Positions 28,430 to 35,826 of a stretch of DNA of 64,000 nt are shown in pieces. Location of the stretch: contig NC_133617.1 of assembly GCF_048593235.1 (NCBI RefSeq), positions 267,862,937-267,926,936 on the forward strand, written 5' to 3'. The notes below the pieces were generated by a model, which searched no databases, was not told the DNA's origin, and worked only from the letters and a program-made list of their open reading frames with translations. Source of the DNA: Sminthopsis crassicaudata (taxonomy: Eukaryota). The translations under genes and the position numbers were made by a program. How positions within the stretch are numbered: position 1 is the stretch's first letter; every line of letters begins with the position of its first letter.

Positions 28430-29120
28430 GGATATTAATTTGGATTTTTCAAAAATCTGCTTCACAAATATGAGATTGAAGAAATGTGGCTAGATAACAA
28501 TTCCTATGAAGGAGATGGGTGTTTTCATATACTCTTTTCGTATATTCATTGATAATGTGATATGGTAACTCAGAAAGCTAATGCAAGTTTTGAAGTCTTT
28601 ACTATGCCCAGAACAAGAGTAGTGATCATTTTATTGTGCTCCACTTTGCCAGACCACATCTAGAATATTGTATTCAGTTCTTTGCCACATTTAGTAATTG
28701 GCAATAAGATAGAAGAAAGAGCTAATGAAATGGTAAAGGGATTGAAGACCATGCCTAGCAAAATAAAAGGAACTGGAGGTTTTTATAACTTGGTAAGAGA
28801 AGCTTTAGAAAGGAACATGGTAGATGTCTTCAAGTGTGTGAAGGGAAATTCTGTAGAAAAAGAATTAGACTTGTTCTTCCTTGCCCTGGTAGCAGAACTA
28901 GAAGCAATGCATAGAAGTTACAGAGAAAGTTTTGGAATCAATGTAGGGGAAAAATAAAAGCCTGCCTATCAAGTAATAGCTGTCCAGAATTAGAAAGGGC
29001 ATAACTTTAGAGAAACTCAGTTCTTTTTCTTTACTCATTGACCACTTATGACATACTAAAAGGAATTCCTTCCTAGGTACAGGTTGCACTAGATGAGAAA
29101 GTCTTTCAACTATGAAATTA
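28430..29120 (+). mobile_element. L3/CR1 LINE 3' fragment
   Basis: CR1-like text: agaaagctaatgcaag..., ccagaccacatctagaatattgtattcagttc..., gtcttcaagtgtgtgaaggg..., ttagacttgttctt...; decayed ORF at 28682-28957. Confidence 0.7.
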
Positions 29121-29662
29121 TTTGATTAATCTTTGTGGTTTTTCAGATGATTTTATACCATCAAGGAAGGCATGAATGATGGAACAGTTAAAAAACTTGG
29201 GTTCTGGTCTTAGATTTGCCACTATCTATTTAGGCAAACTACTTAAGTTGGCTGGGTCTCAGTGTCCTCGTCTTTAAAATAATGAAGTTAGATAAGATGA
29301 TTTCTTAAGATTTTTTCATTTCTAACGTTCCTTGATTCTAACAGAAAAACTGGTGTATGTGTGTGTTTCATCTTATTCAGGTCATTCTGTATAATCTTTC
29401 AAGAACGTGCAACCAGACCATGGACACTGATATTAAGACAGGATTCCTAACCTAGAAACATTTTTAAAAATACATCTTTAATGTTCAGAAAAAATGATTT
29501 TAATTTAATTTAAAATTCTTTAGGAGTTAATGATAGTAATAGAAGAGTAAAGAGTAAAACATAAATTGGGATTACTTTGTAGAGTCATCTCAGTACTACA
29601 AATTGACAATAAGATTTGGGGTGTATATTCAAGGAAACATCACAAGGACAATATTCATTGAT

Positions 29663-30071
29663 TGTTAGGATTACTAAGTGAGAACTGAGGTTGTCTGGAT
29701 AGTGACAAGGTGAGAATTCAGGTTTTCTGGACAATTACAAGGTGAGAACTCAGGTTGACTTGATAGAGGGGGCAAGCTCATTGGCTGGGGTGGTTCTTCC
29801 CAGAAGCCCTTGCATTATCCCACGCCCATTCTCTGGGAGAATAAAAGAAGAGGACTCTCAGAGAAAGAGGAAGACTCTGAATTGCATCAGGCTTGACGGG
29901 GCTCTCTGCAGGAAGGGAAGTCACTTCTTTGGACAAGAGTTAACAGCAACTGCCTGGAGACAACGGTTCATTACAGGAAGAAGAATCTGTCGGAGAGATT
30001 TGAGTAGAAGACACAGCAGATCTCTTCCCAGAGAGCGATCCAGCAGCTTCTGGAGACGACAGCTCGCTACA
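29663..30071 (+). repeat. 5' LTR (409 bp)
   Basis: TGTTAGGATT...CTCGCTACA; no mismatch to the 3' LTR found by eye; 32-bp U3 repeats, ATTGG (reverse CCAAT), CACGCCC, AATAAA at 29840-29845. Confidence 0.97.
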
Positions 30072-30073
30072 TT

Positions 30074-30091
30074 TGGCGCCCAACGTGGGGC
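30074..30091 (+). promoter_or_regulatory. Primer-binding site 1, tRNA-Lys1,2 (CUU)
   Basis: TGGCGCCCAACGTGGGGC, 2 nt after the LTR-terminal CA; the known 18-nt Lys1,2 PBS of MPMV/HERV-K. Confidence 0.97.
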
Positions 30092-30143
30092 AAGGACTTT
30101 TACTTATCCTGACAAGAAGAGCTAGACTCAGACCTTTGCAATT

Positions 30144-30161
30144 TGGCGCCCGAACAGGGAC
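30144..30161 (+). promoter_or_regulatory. Primer-binding site 2, tRNA-Lys3 (UUU)
   Basis: TGGCGCCCGAACAGGGAC, the known 18-nt Lys3 PBS of HIV-1/MMTV; preceded by ...TTTGCA-ATT. Confidence 0.95.
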
Positions 30162-30226
30162 AGACACAGTCCTGATTCCAGTGGAAAAGCTTCCAATCTA
30201 GATCTCAGTCTCTCTGACCCAGAACC

Positions 30227-30233
30227 GTGAGTA
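30227..30233 (+). promoter_or_regulatory. Candidate retroviral major splice donor
   Basis: AACC|GTGAGTA between the PBS and the gag ATG, the usual position of the major donor. Confidence 0.6.
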
Positions 30234-30329
30234 ACGAGGAAACTTTGTTAAAGATTAAGTGAGCGTGCTAATAGATAAATAAGGAACTTAACTTGTTAAG
30301 GGCTAAACCAGGAATCTCTTATAGCTGAA

Positions 30330-32153
30330 ATGGGGCAGATGTTAGCTATATTCAATCCCTGGACCTCAGCCGACTCAACCTCAGCCCCAGACGCAACCTC
30401 AGCTCCATTCAGGAGTGGTACTATAGAGAGTATAATCAACATAATTGAGGAGCAGAGTTTACTTGTAACCTGGGTACAGATTGCTAAACTCTTGGCTGCA
30501 TTAAAACGCACATCCCCTTGGTTCTTAGAGGAAGAAAAGATAGATGTAGATAAATGGAAGCTAGTGGGATATGAAATGAAAGAATTTCAAGCAAAAAATG
30601 GGCCTCGTTCAATTTCTGCAGAAGTATTTTATATCTACAACATAGTTCAATTAGCCTTAAACTATCAAGCAAGTTGTAGGAGAAGGAAAAGTTCTAAAAA
30701 TGAACAGAGGAGGAAGTGTGAGGAAAAAAGGAAAGATCAAGATCTTTCCCTAGAGCAAGAGGATTTAAATGAGGAATTATGGTATGATTCTCTTGAAGAA
30801 GCTTCAACCCTGCCTAGAGAACAGATTATTGACAGGCCCACATCAACCCCACCTTCAGAGATGGAGGAAGAAAGAGGGGAAGAGGCAGAAACACAAACAG
30901 AATTGCCTGTGAAGCAGCCTAAGCCTATGACAAGATTAGAAAAAGCATTGGTTAAAGCTAAGAGAGAAGGACAGGATATAAGTGATTTTATACATGCATA
31001 TCCTGTGATTGAAAATACTGACTCTGTAGGTAAAAAAAGGAGAAGATATGCACCTTTAGATTTGAATAAAATTAAGGATTTGAAAAAAGGTTGTACCCTT
31101 TATGGGGCTACATCAGCTTATGTCAAAATGTTACTAGATGGTTTGTCTTATGAAGTCCTAACCCCGAATGATTGGAAATCCATAGCAAGGACATGTCTGG
31201 AACCTGGAGAAAATTTATTATGGCTTGCAGAATTTCATGAATTATGTAAAATTCAAGTCAGATGCAATTTGGAAATAGGAGTTAACACACAATTCACTTT
31301 TGAGCACTTAGCTGGTGAAGGTCAGTATGGGGAGAATTCGGAACAGATTAATTATACCATGACAATATATGAACAAATTGCTAAGGCTGCAATAAAAGCT
31401 TGGGGTGTCCTTCCTGGACAGAAAGATCGTGGAGAGGCTTTCACTAAAATACAGCAAGGTCCCAATGAACCTTTTGCAGATTTTGTGGGACGTTTGCAAA
31501 CTGCTGTTAAAAGAACTATTGGAGAAAATTCAGCTACAGAAATAATGACCAGACATCTGGCTAAGGAAAATGCCAATGAGATTTGCAAAAGAATTATATG
31601 GGGATTAGACAAAGATGCTCCTTTAGAGGAGATCATAAGACGCTGTGCTACAGTGGGAACAAATGCTTTTTACACCCGGACAATGATGAATGTGGAAAGA
31701 CAGGGTCCCTCCTGGCAAAGGCCTTCTAGAGAAACTCGGCGATGTTTTCAATGTGGAAAAATTGGGCATCTAAGAGCTCAGTGTAGGTATGGAGATACAG
31801 TGAGAAGACAGGGTGAAAGAAGACCTAAAACCCCATGTCCAAAATGCAACAGAGGATTCCATTGGGCATCAGAGTGTAGAATAATTCAGGGAAATGGGAT
31901 GAGGGGCCCAGGTCCAGGGCCCCAGGCAAAAAAGACTTGGGGCATGATGGCAGCTGATGTTACACCCAAAGAACCTTTAGAAGGCCAGGACTCTGATTTA
32001 ATCAATCAGCAGAGAAGCAATCACAAGGCAGAAAGGGATTACCTGATAAGTCAGTCAAAAGGCAATCAGATTGCAAAAATGGATTACACTTGGGGAGAAT
32101 ACAGGCCTTTTAAACCAACAGGGCTGTGCCCAGTGCAAACAACTCCAATGTAA
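30330..32153 (+). CDS. gag: Intact Gag polyprotein, 607 aa (MA-linker-CA-NC-tail), betaretrovirus-like
   Basis: Strong Kozak gaaATGG; MGQ myristoylation-type start; MHR IQQGPNEPFADFVGRLQ (31449-31499); CX2CX4HX4C knuckles at 31743-31784 and 31836-31877; no stops or frameshifts. Confidence 0.97.
   Translation: MGQMLAIFNPWTSADSTSAPDATSAPFRSGTIESIINIIEEQSLLVTWVQIAKLLAALKRTSPWFLEEEKIDVDKWKLVGYEMKEFQAKNGPRSISAEVFYIYNIVQLALNYQASCRRRKSSKNEQRRKCEEKRKDQDLSLEQEDLNEELWYDSLEEASTLPREQIIDRPTSTPPSEMEEERGEEAETQTELPVKQPKPMTRLEKALVKAKREGQDISDFIHAYPVIENTDSVGKKRRRYAPLDLNKIKDLKKGCTLYGATSAYVKMLLDGLSYEVLTPNDWKSIARTCLEPGENLLWLAEFHELCKIQVRCNLEIGVNTQFTFEHLAGEGQYGENSEQINYTMTIYEQIAKAAIKAWGVLPGQKDRGEAFTKIQQGPNEPFADFVGRLQTAVKRTIGENSATEIMTRHLAKENANEICKRIIWGLDKDAPLEEIIRRCATVGTNAFYTRTMMNVERQGPSWQRPSRETRRCFQCGKIGHLRAQCRYGDTVRRQGERRPKTPCPKCNRGFHWASECRIIQGNGMRGPGPGPQAKKTWGMMAADVTPKEPLEGQDSDLINQQRSNHKAERDYLISQSKGNQIAKMDYTWGEYRPFKPTGLCPVQTTPM
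31889..31923 (+). promoter_or_regulatory. gag-pro-type -1 ribosomal frameshift signal
   Basis: In-frame heptamer G GGA AAT (31889-31895), 7-nt spacer, then stem GGGGCCC (31903-31909), loop AGGTCCA, GGGCCCC (31917-31923). Same layout as the SRV-1/MPMV G GGA AAC site at the QGN motif. Confidence 0.75.
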
Positions 32154-32160
32154 TTGTCAG

Positions 32161-32350
32161 ATGATGAGAAGAGATTTAGAAAGTGGTAAATAGAAGGAAA
32201 TTAGATAGGTTAACTGCCTGGGAGAGAGGGTTTGCTTGTATTTCTTCAGCAGGAGAAGGAATCAGATGGGTGCCAACGAGTCATATTCGCCTTATCCACC
32301 AGAGAGAGACAGAAAAAGAGAAAGACCTCAAAATAAAGGAGAAGATCTAA
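32161..32350 (+). pseudogene. pol: Integrase C-terminal domain remnant (pol 3' end)
   Basis: MMRRDLESGK*KE, a +1 shift, then LDRLTAWERGFACISSAGEGIRWVPTSHIRL...*. Resembles the class II IN motif W..D....W..P..L..WGRGFAC....W.P.. Confidence 0.8.
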
Positions 32351-32643
32351 GAAACATCTGACACTGAAATAGCATGGATAATAAGAAGACTGTTAAAGAT
32401 CTTTAAAAACCAGCAGGAATCATTGGACTTTCTCACACAAGATGAGACTAATGGACAATGGACTTATGGACATTTATAAATTTTCAATTTATGATTATTT
32501 GATTATGTTATTTGTCATATACTTCTAGCATGTGTTACGCTACTATGTTACTATGTGCTTATGTAATTTATGTAATTATCTGTAATACTTCCCATATTGA
32601 TGGATTTAGGTTTCAAGGTCATGACTGTCCTATGTTCTAAATC

Positions 32644-32659
32644 AAAAGAAAGGGGGAGA
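32644..32659 (+). promoter_or_regulatory. Polypurine tract
   Basis: AAAAGAAAGGGGGAGA just upstream of the 3' LTR. Confidence 0.92.
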
Positions 32660-32664
32660 TTCGA

Positions 32665-33073
32665 TGTTAGGATTACTAAGTGAGAACTGAGGTTGTCTGG
32701 ATAGTGACAAGGTGAGAATTCAGGTTTTCTGGACAATTACAAGGTGAGAACTCAGGTTGACTTGATAGAGGGGGCAAGCTCATTGGCTGGGGTGGTTCTT
32801 CCCAGAAGCCCTTGCATTATCCCACGCCCATTCTCTGGGAGAATAAAAGAAGAGGACTCTCAGAGAAAGAGGAAGACTCTGAATTGCATCAGGCTTGACG
32901 GGGCTCTCTGCAGGAAGGGAAGTCACTTCTTTGGACAAGAGTTAACAGCAACTGCCTGGAGACAACGGTTCATTACAGGAAGAAGAATCTGTCGGAGAGA
33001 TTTGAGTAGAAGACACAGCAGATCTCTTCCCAGAGAGCGATCCAGCAGCTTCTGGAGACGACAGCTCGCTACA
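32665..33073 (+). repeat. 3' LTR (409 bp)
   Basis: Copy of the 5' LTR at offset +3002; followed by TSD ATTGAT. Confidence 0.97.
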
Positions 33074-35711
33074 ATTGATATAGAGGATAAAAGCTTGACA
33101 GTATGTTTTTAAACAGGCACTACTAGAGAAGGAGCTTGAACATCATATCAAGGAATCCAGGGGAGACTTACGTGGCCATGATGTTGCAAGTAAATCTGAA
33201 GTTTTATTTAGTTGTGCTTCTGTCGGCCTACAAGAGTTAGAGTGACAAATACACTAGGAATCATCACTACCTAGTGTAATGTATGTATTGCACTACTTAG
33301 TAGTGCAATGTAAGCATAGTGAAAACTTCACAAACATTTTATGAACAAAAAGAGTAACCTGAACCAGGTTTATCCATAAAATTTCATATTCCCAAATAAA
33401 AACAGCAAGAAGTGCCATGATGGGTCTTAAGAATTCAACATCAATTTGTTGATGTTGAAGGCAACAGAGAAACAGAAGTAATACTTAGACAATAGCACCC
33501 AAACATAGAGCCTAAATATTGGTTGCTGAGAAAGGGCACTGACTATATTAACATGGATTGGCTCAGTTTGAATAAGATGCTTTTTCTAGACTATGAAGAA
33601 GACAAGGCAGAGCTTTAAATAGTTCTACTAATCCATATAGAGACTTCAAATCATTCCTGTAGTGTTGGGGTTTTTTCCATTCATATTATCATCAGGTAAT
33701 CAAATAAGTGTAGAATTATTGTAGTGTATTTTATGCATTCTAAAGGAGGAAGTAGGAAATTCATATGACAAAATGGTAAAGAAAGCTTCATTACCAGAAA
33801 GAGGTCAGATTTTTTTTTTTCCTTTTTTGATGGAATTTCCATATGATGTGAATATATTACTTTTAGACTATACAAACTATAGGTATATTTTAGACATTTT
33901 GTTAATCTCATTCTTTTTATGTCTAATCCTAATCTTGAACTCATGCATGACTCTTTCCCTCCCTCTAATTATCTATTATGATGAAGTAATACAGCTTTAA
34001 TCATCAACTCTGATTCAGCTTTCCTGTTGTTTTTTTATTTTTCCTGTAGTTGGTTATTATTTGGACTTAAAATATAAAAGTCACCAACTGACTGGGAATT
34101 TTATGCTGGTTTATAGGAAGTAAATGAGACTAGACACATTTTTATAAGTATCTGTCTCTATTTCATTGCAACACTCCAGGCACTGCCTTCAAACTGGAAC
34201 TGAAAGCTGTCTACATATGTGCCTATTTGCAGTTCTATTTAGTGGCTGTATCATACCTGACTTTTGAGTATAGTGTTACTTCTGTTTTCCAAGAGTATAT
34301 GTCTCAGTGACAGAGTTTCTTTGTCAGAAACTTTATCACCAGAAATAGTAGTGTCCTAGGAGCCATAGGGATGTATTCTAGGATCTCAGATCCTTACCTG
34401 AAGCCCAAACATAGCTTTAAAAAAGCCCGTAAGTGGTTACTGAACTAGCATTGTATGTATCTGGAAATGTAAAATGTGGGTGTGAGGGGAGGATAAGTTT
34501 TGAATTGAGGTTAAAAATGGCAGAAGAGAGGACTCATTCACTTCTGCTCAGGTACAGTTGAGGTTGAGTCTGAAGAAGGGAACCTTTCAGCAGCCAGAAC
34601 CATGCCTAAAGAAAGGCTTGTATAAGTTTTGGGGGGAAAAAAAAAAAAACAGGAGTCAAAGGGAACATAGTCCATCTTCTTTCACCAATTTTCTCTCTAA
34701 AGTCCACTCCGAGAAGTAAGTTTTAGCAACTTCCAGAGGCTGTTTTATCTTCATAGGAAAAGAAGGGGCTTTTTGTGATCATCACTGTGCTCTTGCCTCA
34801 TTCTTTAAAATGGCAGAGGAAGGGGAAGGAAAAGTCATAAAATGAACAAAGCTTACATTTCAGATTAATTTAATAGACTTAGGATGTTAAGATTCCTTCT
34901 GAGCTTCCCACCTGTTCCTCATACATAAAACTTCTTTAAGGAAAAGAACCCTTCAATACACAATTCAAAATGCAGGCAAATGCCTGGATGAGGTAATACT
35001 TTAGTGTAAATGAATTTCCGTTCAAATATAATCAGTCATTCCATCAATAAGTATGAGTGATTGGTTATCAGATCTTTCCCTGTTTTAATAGGGGGGGATG
35101 GGGTGAAGAGAAGAGGAGGCTGGGGGCAGAAGACAAAATTTCAGGCTTCCCAACTTTGCCTAGGGTAAGCCCTACTTGCCTTCAACTGGGCTGGGTCAAA
35201 TAGGAGGTGGTGCACTAAGTCATTTTTGTCCAAGAGGGATAAACCCAGACAATTCTGCTTTATGGAGTTTTTGATTTTTTTTTTTTCCCCTAAAGTAAAA
35301 CTGAATTTATATAAATGGGTGTCTTTCTCAGGGAGATATCATTATACATGTATTTTTCACTTCCCAAGGCAATGTCATATTCCAAAAATATAACTACAGA
35401 AGAATTTGGACCCTGTAAAAGAGGGCCTCATTTCCACTTCTCTCTTCCATGTGTCCGAGAAGAGGAAATTAATCCTATTTATCAAGCTTTGGCCATGAGT
35501 GATGACTTTTCATCTTAGTTTTTCTTGTATTTGTTGTTATTTCTTGAACATTAAACAATGCTATTTTTGGAGTAGTGAGGGAGGTGGGGTCTAAGTTCTA
35601 TAACTATTAACAGATTATTTAGCTTGTTTGATTCAAGAGGTAAAGGACAAGGGTAAGTTGATGAATAGGGATTCTGTTTGTTTTTCAAGGATTATTATTT
35701 TATTCTTTTAG

Positions 35712-35826
35712 CTCTTACCTTCACTGTCAGTGGGCATCCATAGAAGACCTGGACAAAGACAAGAGAATTCAACAAAAGATTAAGCGATTTAAGGCAAAGC
35801 AGGGCCAGAACAAATTCCTTTCAGAG
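35712..35826 (+). CDS. CHD7: CHD7 coding exon (human exon 8 equivalent); chromodomain 1 C-terminal half
   Basis: ttttag|C...GAG|gtagga; 115 nt; (F)[38 protein letters not shown]. Confidence 0.97.

Larger units (their letters stand above)
29663..33073 (+). mobile_element. Class II (betaretrovirus-like) endogenous retroviral element, gag-only, internally deleted (no pro/RT/env), 3,411 bp
   Basis: TG...CA LTRs at 29663-30071 and 32665-33073; TSD ATTGAT at 29657-29662 and 33074-33079; Lys PBS, gag with MHR and two CCHC knuckles, IN stub and PPT. Confidence 0.97.

Noticed and set aside
29678-29759. 32-bp repeats resembling a CRISPR array
   Set aside because: Contiguous units without unique spacers, inside a eukaryotic LTR; these are U3 enhancer-type repeats.
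29742-30125. 127-aa ORF in the 5' LTR and its 122-aa twin at 32744-33112
   Set aside because: Starts at GTG with no ATG, has no recognisable domain (not an MMTV-type superantigen), and appears twice only because the LTR is duplicated.
30296-31636. Antisense and alternative-frame ORFs overlapping gag
   Set aside because: Short shadows of the gag frame with no recognisable homology.
32060-32100. dUTPase-like words in the Gag tail (GNQIAK, DYTWGE)
   Set aside because: The order is reversed relative to dUTPase motifs 3 and 4 (DYTGE precedes GxRIAQ), and the words are explained by the 15-aa internal duplication; kept only as a possible coincidence.
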